A DNA stretch of 48,855 nt, filler included, from Sphacelaria rigidula (taxonomy: Eukaryota): NCBI GenBank assembly GCA_964200075.2. It is 3 parts of 3 records of this genome, joined end to end, with 100 filler letters (N's around TTAATTAATTAA, not from the genome) between each part and the next. Parts side by side here need not be neighbours in the genome. Positions count along the whole stretch, not along the records: positions 1 to 16,221 come from CAXNAA020001438.1; positions 16,322 to 32,538 come from CAXNAA020001439.1; 1 more part is not named here. The stretch is one strand, 5' to 3'. Under the pieces are notes generated by a model. The model worked only from the letters and a program-made list of their open reading frames with translations. It was not told the DNA's origin and did not search any database. A program made the position numbers and the translations under genes. Shown here piece by piece: positions 12,401-25,100 of the stretch (position 1 is its first letter; each line of letters starts with the position of its first letter).

Positions 12401-15400
12401 CTCCGCTCTTCGCCCCCTCTCTCTCTTGCCTCTGTCTCACCTCTCGGTTACGATGAAGTTAATCAAGGTGCACGTAGCGAACACCTCGGGCCGGTAGTGC
12501 GGGTTTGATAAACGGGTCTGCAAGTACAGCCTAAAACGGGGGTCATACTCGCAGTCCTCCCCACCCATCCGCAGGAAAAGGTTGCTCCCTTTCCGAATCA
12601 CAGCTCTCTGCGATGGTTGCCGTCAAAACAAGATACACCAGAAGTGTTGGGTTGTGCGATGGGAACCTTTCATGTTCGGACGCACCGGACAAGGCCGGGC
12701 AACGGTATTCGCTAAATGCTCCAAGAACAAGTGATTCGTGGGGATGAGATTCAACTATGCAAAATGAATTGCAAACAGCATTTGACAGCGCCAACTGCGC
12801 CGCGTGGGTTGTCTGGTGCAGTGTGTCCATGTGTGACAGTACTTTGCCTCTGCGACACCGAGTAAAGTGTCATCATTTTGCTCGTACGCTTAACTGCCGT
12901 ATATTTTTACCCACTTGAAGATTGGTGAGTACGTTTGTACCTGAAGTACTGGATTGAGCGAGGCGTCGATATCTTCTGGGCAGTTCTCCACTATCACCGA
13001 GTCACCGTTCTGGATGGCGCCAAGCACTTTCTTCATCCAGTGCGGCTTGAGTGTGCATTAGAAACCAGGGACGCGCTCATACGTCAAACAGGCACCGAGT
13101 ATTAGTGGACCAGACAAGAACGTTTAGGAAGGTCGACAGGTTTTCATCCACGGACTGTTTATGTCCGGGTCGTATCTGCAGTAGATAAACTCGTATTCCA
13201 AGCTTGCCGAATCGTTCATCAAATACCACAGTGCAGTGTTGGCTGGGGGATCGGTGAGGGGTCAGTGACGACACGCAAGTGTTCTAAGCGAGGCCTTTGG
13301 TCGGAAATATCGTAGGTCATATCAAACTGACGCAAGCGATGACGTAGAGCTGTTTTTATCAAATGGTATCGGAGTAAGGTAGCTTATGCACATAGCGATA
13401 GTTTCTGATGGGGAGGACACAGGAAACTTACGCGCTGCCGCCCGCCATCTTCGTGGTCCCTCGACTGCAAAACCAAAATTGAGCGTATGTACTGAGGAAG
13501 CATTCATGTACGAAAAATCAAGTATTGTAGGAAAACGTTCAGAATGGCCTTGGTTTATGTACTGCAATGGAGTCTACCGCAATCATACCGTGACGTGCCG
13601 GCACAAAAAGCCCCGAAATAAGACGCACCACACATCGCTGTACGTTACCTCGCCCATCTGCAGAACGTGGAGAGTGCGGCCGCTGGCCGTTGTCGCATCT
13701 TCTTCGTGCCGACGCAACCACCTGCTCGCGGAGAGCAAACATCGACCGACTCGAAATGACCGAGTTATTTCTGTGACCTATCCCAACCATAACCAGAACC
13801 CGGGGTCGCAACCCCACTCCACGTATTGACCCCGAAAAAGCCGTCTCACAGTAAAGGAACCGTGTCGGGGGTGGCGGGTTTATGGGCCTTTGCCGTGAAT
13901 GCTCTACGTGATAGAAGTCTTAATCGACCCTCTGATCGAAGAGTCACCATATTTCTTATGATTGTATCTTCGTCGCACATACGTCGCCGTCTGGTGAGTA
14001 TCAACGTCAGTCCAACACATGGCATTGGACACAGGAATTTACTCACCGGATTCCCTGCAGCTGAGGATCGACCATGAGAGGCCAGCGCTGACACTGTGTG
14101 ATGATCCCGCCGTTTTCAATGCTGATTTGATCCGAAGGAAGTTGCTCGTTCTGCCACTCCGCCACCTGAAGTTTCAATCGATTAATGAATTTTGACGACG
14201 TTGCGGCATGGCACTTGTTCACAGGTTTACTACATACCGTAGGAGGTTTATGTCGGTGACGCTTCCACGCGGCCACTCTTAACGCCTCGGCCCATTCTGC
14301 AGAATTGAATGTCTAGGAGAATATCCAGAAAATTATCATGGCTGGTATAGGGTGTACTCATGATCATGCATGCCATAGTCATGAGATGCTGCTACAGGGT
14401 GGGCCGAGGAACAAGGCATGATCCGAAACCAGATGGAAACGATTATGGATCCGTACATAGTTGATACTGCCACCTCTGGGTCGGCGTAAGTTTGTACATG
14501 ATAACCGTCGTCAATAACGAATGATTACAGTCGGGTTTTTTTTCCCGTTTGTACTCGGGGGAGCTACGAACTCCTCACAGAATTTCGTGGCGTCTCTCGT
14601 CTTTTGATTTTTGGTAATATGTTTTAGAAGAAATAGCAGGGATGGTATCGGGAAGACGAGCCTACGTCTGTGGCCACGCGTTCGTGAGATCGAACTAATA
14701 ATAAAAACGGTGATGCTGTAAATAGAAGCCCCGTAAAATTTGGCTCCAACTATTATTATTAATAGTCTGATGTGGTACTAGTACGTCACAGGAGAAAATC
14801 GCATAATACTTCCTCTGTGCCATAAGTAAAGTCCGTTATGGGGGGCAGACCGTATATCGTCAACGGAGTTGCTCACGGTGATATAGTTAGGGTTTTTGAA
14901 AAGCTGCTGATGTGCTGATGCTTGCTAAAGAAAAATCTGAGCCGAAATTATGGAGAATTAGTGGGTCGAAACATGGGCAAATTCGACCAAATTCGACCAA
15001 TTTCGACCACATTCTACCATTTTCGGCAAATTTTCGACTTTCTCCCCCTGTTTTGTAACCAAATGGAGACAGCTATGTGACCAAGTGGTTTTGGACGAGG
15101 CGTGGGTATCGTACAAAGTTGATGAATCGGACGTACGTGCTTATTTCGACGTTTTTTTCGCGATTTTTTTAGGTTTGGGGGGTTTCCAGTGTTCTTCGCT
15201 GTTTTCCAGAAACGAGCATAATACGGCCTTTCTTGGGTCGACTAATTTTTTTCGACCGTTCATGCATGCATAAAGTTGCGCGCAGAAAAGAAAAAAGATT
15301 TCGAATCTGAATGACAAAAACACGAAATATTTCGAAAAATTATCGCATTTTGCATCGGTGACGGTTAAGGGTCTGTGTAGCCATAGCGACCTTTACTATT

Positions 15401-15982
15401 GGCACAGAGGGAATAGCAGGCGTAAAACTCCACCAAAACCTCACCTGGCTATCCGTCGTGAGCATTTGAAGGGGGTCCAAGTTCGCTCGCAGAGGAATAC
15501 CCTTGGCCGTGAGATCAGGCAGCCACCTGACAAGAGATATATCAACGTCAGAATGTCTACTTCTCATGGACGGGGTGCGAGAGAGCTGACACCCCTAAAT
15601 ATCTCACAGACAACACTGACAATGTATGCTTTAATCTGACATTTGCTCACTTCTTTGCTGTAAAAAAATGTGTTGCTTAGTTGTCCCTACCCTGAAGGCG
15701 CAACCAGTGACATTGGTATATCACATTCCCTGTTTCCCGTCAATAGTTTTGAACTCATGGGGGACTGCGCATGGCCTGTTTGGGAACAAAGCTACCGAGT
15801 CTTTCCGAGCAGAATGCCTTCCATATACAAACATGCAGCACTCGATAGTCCATGATCTGCGCTATGAAACGGACAGGGGATACCTAGTTCGCCACAGCTC
15901 TTCTCGATAGGTTTTGCTGAATGCTCCGGCGTAGCTGACAAACGCTGCCGCCAGCAACACGTCGCCCACCGTGCTAGCTCCC
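9439..15982 (-). CDS. Axonemal dynein heavy chain, partial (end of stalk, AAA5 region and following helices); tentatively outer-arm type
   Basis: Ten phase-consistent exons: 15884-15982, 15445-15526, 14047-14165, 13649-13721, 12941-13045, 12441-12607, 11702-11783, 11144-11248, 10283-10366, 9439-9551. Motifs: [138 protein letters not shown]. The 5' part is cut by the contig end, and I found no further 3' exon in 1-9438. Confidence 0.93.
10516..10769. mobile_element. MITE family 2 copy in a dynein intron
   Basis: TIRs TGATGCCGCGATGCCCCC and GGGCTATCACGGCATCA. The interior (AAAATCTAC...AAGCCGA...TTTCGCCAATGTC...TTTCTTC) aligns with 1320-1560. Confidence 0.65.
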
Positions 15983-16221
15983 CTATACAAAGTACACCGT
16001 GATGGGTAATACCGGGGCACGCGGTTATAGAGCATGAATACACGGTTGCGGATTAATGGTTTGAACGATTTCGATGTGACCAACAACAGCTGTACGTCTT
16101 GGGCATTTCAGTACTCCAGATCTTGAACGAGGACAAACCAGACGGCTTCAGTGGGATGTTTCGGTAGGGAGGAAGGATGTACTCATGATCATGCATGCCA
16201 TAGTCATAAAACCGTTGACCT

Positions 16222-16321
16222 NNNNNNNNNNNNNNNNNNNNNNNNNNNNNNNNNNNNNNNNNNNNTTAATTAATTAANNNNNNNNNNNNNNNNNNNNNNN
16301 NNNNNNNNNNNNNNNNNNNNN
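16222..16321. other. Artificial contig linker (N44-TTAATTAATTAA-N44)
   Basis: Exactly 100 nt, with the six-frame-stop spacer at 16266-16277. Confidence 0.95.
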
Positions 16322-16622
16322 CTAGAACGAACCCAAACGTGGGAATTCCCAGCTTCTCGTTGTGCTCGGCTTTCCCCATTTCGATTCACGTCAAGATTTT
16401 GCCTCCCAAAACCATGCACTTTTCTGGGGGGGGCTATCGTAGAAAGTATCACTCTTCGAACTAAGCTTTTGCTCGCCTAGCCTTAGCGATCTGCATCATC
16501 GATGATAATTCGTACATAGCTATGTTGTGTGCTGCCAGCTGCACGGTTGAGCACAACCTCAGACGCTAAGCAGCTAGGCAGCGGGGAGGATCTAATCCCC
16601 CTGTTTCGGTTACCAAAGCTAC

Positions 16623-16953
16623 ACACGCGGCCATTTGGCTACCCCCCAAAATACCTCCGGAGGGATGCGCGGCCCTCCAGAGGCGAAACAAGCCTCCGGA
16701 GGCCTTCAATACCTCTGGAGGAAACCAAACACTACCGACCTGGAGGGCCGCGCACCCCTCCGGAAGAATGTGGGGATATGCGCGGCCCTCCAGAGGCAAA
16801 AACAAGCCTCCGGAGGCGTTTAATCCCTCTGGAGGAAACCAAAAAATCTCCTCTGGAGGGCCGCGCACCCTTCCGGAGGCGTTTAATTCCTCTGGAGGCT
16901 CGAAAAGTTCACCCACCTGGAGGAATTTTAGGGGTAGTCAAATGGCCGCGTGT
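16623..16953. mobile_element. TIR element packed with CCTCYRGAGG palindromes
   Basis: TIRs ACACGCGGCCATTTGGCTACCCC and GGGGTAGTCAAATGGCCGCGTGT. The interior has a ~113-bp unit twice (from ~16665 and ~16778) and about a dozen CCTC(C/T)(G/A)GAGG-like decamers. Confidence 0.75.
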
Positions 16954-17340
16954 CATCCCCCTGAAATCAGTACATACATATTTCGCAGGTACCTATACAT
17001 GGAGAGAGCAACAGCATCGTGATGACGAGCAGACGGTACCGTCAGTTCCTGTTGTGGGTCATCGTGCTTTTCGACATAATGGAATGCAACGCTGTACGTT
17101 TTCTGCGCATTTTTGGAACCTGCAGACCTGCCCTGCTTGTTGTAGATGCAGATATCAAGTATGGCAGGAAAAACCATCATCCTCGGTGTGGTTTCTACTC
17201 TCTGTGTGCGGCATTGTGGTGGGTCGCTCATCGAACACATGATCAGTCAGACCGTTCATTCTGTGTGGGACGCACAAAACACATGAGATGGACCCCGAAA
17301 AAATGGGAATAGATTTCTTTGATGGGAATGGCAATATTCC

Positions 17341-18092
17341 TTTTGGGGCCAGAGATGAGGCCAAAAGACAGCTGAGCCCCCCCTTCCGCCCGCGCCGTTT
17401 TTTTTTACTCGACCTCGTTTCTTCCCCGGCCTCGATTTTTCTAATGTCATTGATCTCCCCTCCCCCTCTCCCCCCGGTTGCTCTCTAAATTTGATGGTGC
17501 TCGGGGTTGTGCGAAGTCGTACCTCCCATGGGGTGTCATACATGAACCACTTTGGTTGGGGTTTTCCGTGTTGTCTGCCGTCTACTTTCGAAGGTAGTTT
17601 TTTTTAGGAGGAGAGTAGATGCGTGCCGCAGGTTGAAAGTACGGCACCCTTTGCGAAACGATAACGTTCACGTTGGTAAGGACCATACCAGAAGTTTGCG
17701 AGGCTACTCGAAGGTACCTCAGCGGGGACCATTTGCCGCAAACTTCACCTTCTATCCATCATAATATTGTCGGCTCATGTAAGGCTCCTCACACCCTACC
17801 GTTCGGAGCACGCCCACATTCCTATGATGTACCTTCGAAGAAAGACGGCAGACAGCATAGAAAACCCCAGCAACAGAAGGTGGTCCAAGTAGAGTGCCAT
17901 ACGGGGTATGACTTTGCACAACCCCGAGCATCGTGACAGTAGAGGGGCGACCGGCGGCGGGGGGGGGCTGGGCCTTGCGGGTACAAAACAAAACTCGAGG
18001 CCAGGAGAAAATTGACGTCGGGTAAAACAAACACGACGCTGGCGAGAGGGGGGGTAAGATACGTTTTGGCCTGATTTCGAGCCCCCCCAAAT
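17341..18092. repeat. Foldback element, ~270-bp imperfect inverted arms
   Basis: GGTGCTCGGGGTTGTGCGAAGTCGTACC...GGGGTTTTCCGTGTTGTCTGCCGTCTACTTTCGAAGGTA vs TACCTTCGAAGAAAGACGGCAGACAGCATAGAAAACCCC...GGTATGACTTTGCACAACCCCGAGCATC. Confidence 0.8.
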
Positions 18093-18277
18093 CTCGTCCT
18101 CACACAACACGTTTGTTGCCATCTTTCAGGATTCCATGTTCAAATTTGAACAAAGGTCAAAGAAAAAAGAAGTGTTGCTTGTACAACTGTAGAAATCTCC
18201 ACATTGCCGAACCTCACATCTGCAGCAGTACCAAAGATACCAAGAATATATTGTAGTACCCCAGGACCTCCTCCCCA

Positions 18278-18391
18278 TTAACCCTTTGACCGCGAGGGTA
18301 CATGGGTCACCTGCTGAATCGGCATCAATATTCACTTGATGAGAATATTCATCATCCAGACGGACTACCCGCACCCCGGTCGAGGGGCTAA
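18278..18391. mobile_element. piggyBac-like MITE copy
   Basis: TTAACCCTTTGACCGCGAGGGTA...GAATCGGCATCAAT...CATCCAGACGGACTACCC...GGTCGAGGGGCTAA; it lies ~0.7 kb upstream of the Myb-like start codon. Confidence 0.75.
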
Positions 18392-19103
18392 GCTTCTCTA
18401 CCGACTGATTGATGATCCTCGACGCACACCGTATGTAGTGCATCCTGGTCGAGCGTTTAGTAGCCGAGGAGGTTTGTACCGTATGCTGATGACTTGTTGT
18501 ACAACCGGTACTGACTGGAAGGTGTGCTGCAAACGTATGTCTCATGCACAGGGGCTGTCTCGGTCTGTCTGCGTACTGTGCGGTCTGTACACCACAATCA
18601 ACGTTTGGTTGTTTGGACTAGTTGTGCCGAGGGTATCCGATACAACTGTTACTTAGAAGACTTGCGTGTATACAGGCACGTTCCGTGCGTTCGCGGTCGA
18701 GTTAGGTGCTTATGCCCTCATGATATGTGGCCTGAAAGTCGAGCATCGCATAGAAAAAGATACCAGATACGAGCCAGATACCACCAAAGGAAGGGACATT
18801 ATCCATCAATGGAACATGACTATTGGTAGATGACATACATTGCGTTTGAATGTGAGTATTAACTGTTGAAAAAATGAATTCCCTCTCCCCAAAAAGGTAA
18901 AAAAACAAAAAATATAAAACAAAAAAAAACGGAAAAGGCCAAGAAAACGTGCTTCAACTACTGTACTGTACTGTAGTGTTGTACTGGTATTGACACGGGT
19001 GTAGTTCAAACGCAACAGGGACGCGATCTATAGGAGCAACGAGAAGAGTGCCTGCCGCCGCTGTGTCCCCAGCACCTGAATTTCGGCTGCCTTGGGGCCT
19101 GGC

Positions 19104-22100
19104 ATGGAAGTTGCGGCACTGGTGTCCACGAGACACGAACAACTTTTTCATCGCTACCCCACTGAAGCATCGCAGCAACGTAAGAGTACCTGTAATCAGA
19201 AAGCGCCAGACTTCCGCTCAACAAGCAACACAAGTGGCAGAAGAAAGGCTGCCAGCCAGGCAGCTGCGGTTTACCTGTCGGCCGTTGTGCGGTCGCGTGG
19301 GCTTGAGAGCTCGCTGGCTTCTCCTCCGCTTGCCGAAGTGGCAGGAGGACAGGCGGAAAGGAGCACAACGCCTAGAGTCATGAAGGATGAAATCTTAACG
19401 TCTGCGGCGGGGGCTACACCATCAACGGAAGGTGTTGGTGGTGGGTGGCAGCCTGTGCCGTCGCCCGATACAAAAGCAACTGCGGAGGTACCCTCAGAGG
19501 AACCGGCTGCGCCGCCACCGCCACCCCCCGAAACGAGCAGTCAACTTGACCCAAGGGCCCCCGTGCGCAAGGGGAAATGGACACCCGAAGAAGAGGTGTA
19601 CACTACCAGGATCATCAACGATTTCAACAAGGGGTTGCTGCCGCTGGCTCCTGGCACAACTCTCCGTTCGTACCTGAGCGAGAAGTTGAACTGGTGAGGG
19701 TTTTTTAGTGTACGCATATGTAGCTTGTACTACAACTACAGTAGTACTTTCACACCCCAAATGATTTACACTTGTTTCGGCTGGGCCTATGTTCTGTGTT
19801 TGTCGGATGTCTTACATTTGGGGTTGTTGCATGGCTGTTTGTCCGGTTATGTGCTTTGCATGTGTGGTGTGGAGATAAGGGTCGGATATAGAAGGTATTG
19901 CATCATACCAACTGCTGTTTGAGGATGTGATGGGCGTGTCATGATGGGTTGATGTGTCTTGGCAGGATGAAGTTGCGCCCCCTCGCCCACCTCCTCCTCC
20001 CGCGCCCCTGGTTCAATCTGTACGTTGCATAAACGGATCCTAATTTTTGAGGGAAGGCAAAAGGTTGACCATGATTTTCTTCGAGACACGGAGCAGCATT
20101 TACGTTGCAGTTTTCAATGTTCGTTGATTGTTTCGCGTTTTTTTGCGGGGGCGGGGTGCGGGGTGCGGGGTGCGGGGGGCGAGGGGTCCTGTATGACAAG
20201 GTCGGGACATCAATCCGTCTTGGGCCATACCTGCAACTTGATAGGTCGTGGCAGCTGATGCACACATGTTTCTTGGTTCCCCACCACATTGGCCCATCTG
20301 CCCGATGGACGATACCAAGGCTTTTGAGTTTGTTTCAAATGTACCTTACGGTAGTGTAGTACTTCACTGAGTGTCGGTTGCAGACTGGAGCCATGCACGA
20401 TGCGGGCTGTTGGTGCCAAGTCGCAGTGTAGTATACAGGAGCATTCAGTGCACGATGGGACGACAATCGTTACTGTCGGCACTGTCTTCGTCCGTGAGGT
20501 GAATGCCCACGCTGCCTCCACACCCAGGCTTCTGGCACACATAAGTGACACCACCGCCAACCCCCGCTACCGTTTCCGACGTCTGTTGCACACGTATCCC
20601 TTCAACGTACGATCGGGCTAAACCGCAACATCGACAACAGCGACCCTATGCGCATCACCAAAAAATTCGCGGGCGCGTCTTGCATTGGCAAGCGCGTCTT
20701 CATGCCGATTGAGCTCACGCCGGAGAATGTCGAAGAGACAGCCCGCAGCCGCCGTGATCTAGAGGAGATGGCACGCAAGTTCCACATCCGCCTGGAGAGC
20801 ATGCGCCCAGGCGGTGGCGGCGGCAACAGTGGCCGCTCGAACTCTGGATCTTCCTCGAAAGGTGCGTCGAGTTCCAATTCAAGCCCTAAAACACGGAAAT
20901 CTTCGGCGTCAGTAGCCGGCACAGGGGGGGGCGGCGGCGCCGCCTGCGGCACAGCCAAGGCCAGCCAGGGAGGGGGCGGCGCGCGACGCGGAGAAATCGT
21001 TGCTCCTTCGCTCTCTGGCGCAGGGGCCGAAGGGGATGGGGAAGGGGGCGTGCGGCGTGAGAGGTCGCCATCCCCGGGAGCACACGGCCCGCATTCAGCG
21101 TGCGATGACTCCGCCCCTCACCCAGAAGGCTCGCCCAGCCGCCGGCAGGCCAGCTCGTGGGAGGAGCGAGATGACGCTGACGGGGAAGGGTACGGCCATT
21201 ACGATCCCATGGACCAAAGTCTAGACTCGGATGCGAGCTCGTCATCTTCTAGGGCCACGGGATACCCTGGACGGGTGCAACAACCGCCACCGGGCGGCGG
21301 GGGTGGGGGTGGTGGATATGGCGGGGCGGCGGTCGCTGCCGCCACTGCAGAATACAGCATGCACGGAGACCGCCGCGATCATGTCATGGGGTATGACAGG
21401 TGCCAATGGGACGAGCGCCTGAGCGGCGTCGACGGGGCAGTCGGGGGCGGGGGAGTTGAGCGCGGGGGGGGTCGAGACGGCGGGGTACCAGATGATGTGA
21501 AGGCCAGGTACGGAGGGCAACATCAACAGCTGGACCGTCAGGCTCAACCGCAGCAACATGGGCATGATGGATTCTACGGCAACCAGAGTGGTGCGCGGCG
21601 CGCCTACAACTTCCAGCTTGGCTCCGCTCCTGCCACTGGAGGCGACACCGATGCTGTCGAAAGAGAGGGGGAAGATGAGGATGGAGAGACAAGTACGGGA
21701 GCGGGGTTAGGGCGCATGTCACCTAGGCCAGCTTCACCCCGAATGGGGTCGTGGGCGCGCCCAAGCCTGCCGGGGAGTTTAGGTCCCGTCGGCGGGGCGA
21801 CGAGGAAGCCGCCTCCTTCGGCGCTCTCTGCGACCGTGATTAGGGATGGAGCTGGCGGGGGCAGTGGGGCTCGGTCCCCTACCTGGCCTTTACCCAAGGT
21901 CATTCCGGAAGGCTCGGAGATATCTGACCACGATGCGGGGGGGCTGTTGATAGGCTTTTTCCAAAAAGTACACGAGAAGGCGCAAACGGCTGCGGACGAG
22001 CTGGGGGAGGTAAGGAGTGGAACTGATCTGGTTTTGCTCTCATGTTTGAGGTTGCAGTTCGATGCTTGTGTGCTACTTGGATTGATTGTTGTGCGTCGGT

Positions 22101-25100
22101 AGCTATCGCTACTTCTGCGAGGTCCCTTGCCGTCCCTCGTTTGTCACCAACTATACAGTGGTATTTTGCGGTTCCTGACGTAAGGAACATGGTTTCAGCG
22201 ACGTGTGCAGATGATATGCTTCCAGCGTAGCACATTAGAACCAACGATACACGAGCACTACGTGTAGTACCCGGATTCCTGCACAGACACGCTGGACAGA
22301 CGCAGTGAAGTGGTCGTAGATCGCGACGTATAATGATTGAATAATTGCTTCCAATTGGTCGGTTAGGGCCCGTTTCCAACGAGACAAAAAAAGCGACGAG
22401 ACAAATGAGAGAGTAAGAGGGACCATGGCGGTTTTGGTTATTTTGTTTTTCTCTTTGTCCTTCTGATTGGTTGAGAGCTTATGGGCTACGAATTGGAAGG
22501 ACAAGGGGAATACAAGAATCACGAAAAACTCCGGAATCCCTGCCATTCTCGGATTTGATTCACACAGGCCCTCAGCGATTTATATTCCTCAGACGCCGGA
22601 AACAGCCACGTTCAATACGTCATTAAACCCTCTACTCTGAAGTTCCCCGTACTTCTGTTGTCAAGTATGGTACCGTCCATCAAGTGATGGCAATCACGAA
22701 GCTGTCGCTTGAGGGCGAAAATGCCAGGAAGGTGGAACTTAGAAGGTAACCCGTCATTCTGCCTTCATTTCTGGCGCTTTGACCACTCCCTGAAACGTAG
22801 ATTTCAACGCCGGGGGCCCTCGCTGGTAGACGAATTACAACGGTATGTACTCGTCTCATGATGCTCAACCCTAGGCCGCTTCTCACGGCAAACCAGGATG
22901 AAAATCTGGAAGAGTGTTTGTTCGGAGCTTTTTCGTCGTTGTACGCCCTAAGTAACATCTAGGCGGGTTTAGACGCCCTTGGAATGCCTCACTGTACTCG
23001 TGGAGACCTTTCCAGCACATCTGTGCGTTATTTCTCTTGGTCGCATTTTTTTTCTTGCCCAAACTTGTATTTTCCTCGAAGACCGCCACTCATTTTTCTC
23101 GGATACCGGTCAAGTGCAGAAAAGAATTCGAGTTTCGTTTTGACTTGACCGGTCTCCGAGAACAACGAGCGGTCTACTAGAAAAATGCAAGTCTGGGCAA
23201 GGAAAAATTGCGGCTACTGGGAAAACGCAAGGGTTTGCTGGAACCGTGCTCAACGAGTACAGCGAGGCATACCAAGGTGTTACAATCCGCCGCGCTCTCT
23301 TTCGGAGCGCAAAACAACGCAGAAGCTCCCAAGAGACAGTTCTTCAGGTTTCAATTCTTGTTTGCCGTTACAAGTGGCCTTAAACAGCGAGAGTAGGTCA
23401 TACGCTGAATCGGCATCAATTTCACTCGAAAAAAGTATTTATGATACGGATACACTACCCTCGCGGTTGAAGAATTAATGAATATGTGATGTCCTATAAA
23501 ACTTGTAGGCACTGCGCACTGAAGTATTCTTGAATTGGCGGAGCACCTTCGCGCCATCGTTATTTTCTACTCAGCCGGCGCTTAACTGCAGATTTGAAGG
23601 CCAACCACAGTGACTTGTCTTGAAGTGTATTTTGGTAATGATCCAGCAAAACACGAGTTCGGGCGTAAATGATGATGCGTTCGTGTTTTGGTTTTTGAAG
23701 GCGTCAACAAAGACCATAAATTATCAACAGCTTTTTGACGACTTGTCATGTTTTACAGGTTTTTGTATACGCCGGCGAGGATCACGTCAAGCTATGTGCT
23801 TGTTTGACGGCTTGCACCCCGCATACCGTAGATGAACCCTATATCGACCAACGACCGGAAATATGTGAAGTACATGAGTGAGTAGCGGGAACCACGAAAT
23901 GCACGGCATGTTGTCGTTGGAATGGTGCTCTTGAACGAAAGAGGCTGCTCAGCTATAGCGTCGCCCTCACTGGCGGTAGAGGTCAGCCGGTGGAACTATT
24001 CCGAGAAGAGGACTGGGTTCCGGGGGATTGACACCTTTGGAACATCCGAATCCCTAGGTGGACACCATGCGTACGGGCTTTTGGAGGGAGGGAGGGGGGG
24101 GCGGGGGGCAGTTCAGAACAGCTGTTTTGGTGCAAAGGTGACGCCTGCATAGAAGAGGCCTCCATCACGAATGATATACAGGTCATAATTTGTTGATGTA
24201 TGAGCCGCGGCAATCCTGCCAAGGCCTACCATTTACTGTGGAACTCGCGCTTGTTCTGGGTCGAATATTCTTTTTGGGACATTCGAGAGCTGTTGGCCTC
24301 TCAAAAAGGGAACGTCCCTACCACGTGTCCTGGGGACACTTTGCACTATCCGTTTCCTCACTGATGAGAGTCTAGGTCACTAACCCGATTTGCTAGGCCT
24401 CCACGTTTTGAGCATGGCCTCTGACGATTATCCAACTGTACGTGGGAAATGATGGTGTCTGTAGAAATGATATTTTTCAAATCTTGAACGTGGCCTTCCC
24501 ATTTTTTCATGTCCAGTTGTGTTTTTGTGCGAACATTCTCGAAACTTTCGAAACGTTGGAGCCGAGCACATCGAAATCGTGGGCTAGACTCCTATCAGTG
24601 AGGTAATGGATGGTGCAAAGTGTCCGAGACACCTGGTGATGTTCCCTGTTAGGGGGTCAAGAGTTGTGGTGCCGAACCTCCGAAAATGAAAAATTCAACC
24701 ATGAGGAAACCCAGGTCGCGTAGAAGGCGGCATGAGCGCCCGTACCTTTATAGCGTCCACCTATGGCTACTCCAAAAACTTGCATCCACACGAGATTCAT
24801 CGCAGCATCAGAAACGTACTCGAGGTGTCGCAGGCAGCTTTGCTCATGACGTACTAAAACTGCTGGAGAATGGACAGAAAATATCTTATTTGCCGTATAC
24901 CGCAGCACTATTACAGTATTTAACTTGTAACCATACACGCGATGAAAAATGGGTTTCAAAGCCGAAAAGTGTAAACTTCACTCGGAATCGGTCAGGAATT
25001 GTGCACTAATGAAACCCATCCAAGATACATCCACCTCTTGATGTGATCAGTAAACAGGCATGCGGTTGTTAATACGCGATAGTCCCGAATCCGATTTAGC

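Noticed and set aside
14353-14382. 30-bp exact repeat also found at ~16178-16207
   Set aside because: Probably the terminus of a dispersed repeat at which the contig broke; too short to classify.
16529-17242. 237-aa ORF with repeated peptides, and a possible CRISPR-like array
   Set aside because: The peptide repeats come from the palindromic TIR element. The spacers are themselves duplicated, the context is eukaryotic and no cas genes are present.
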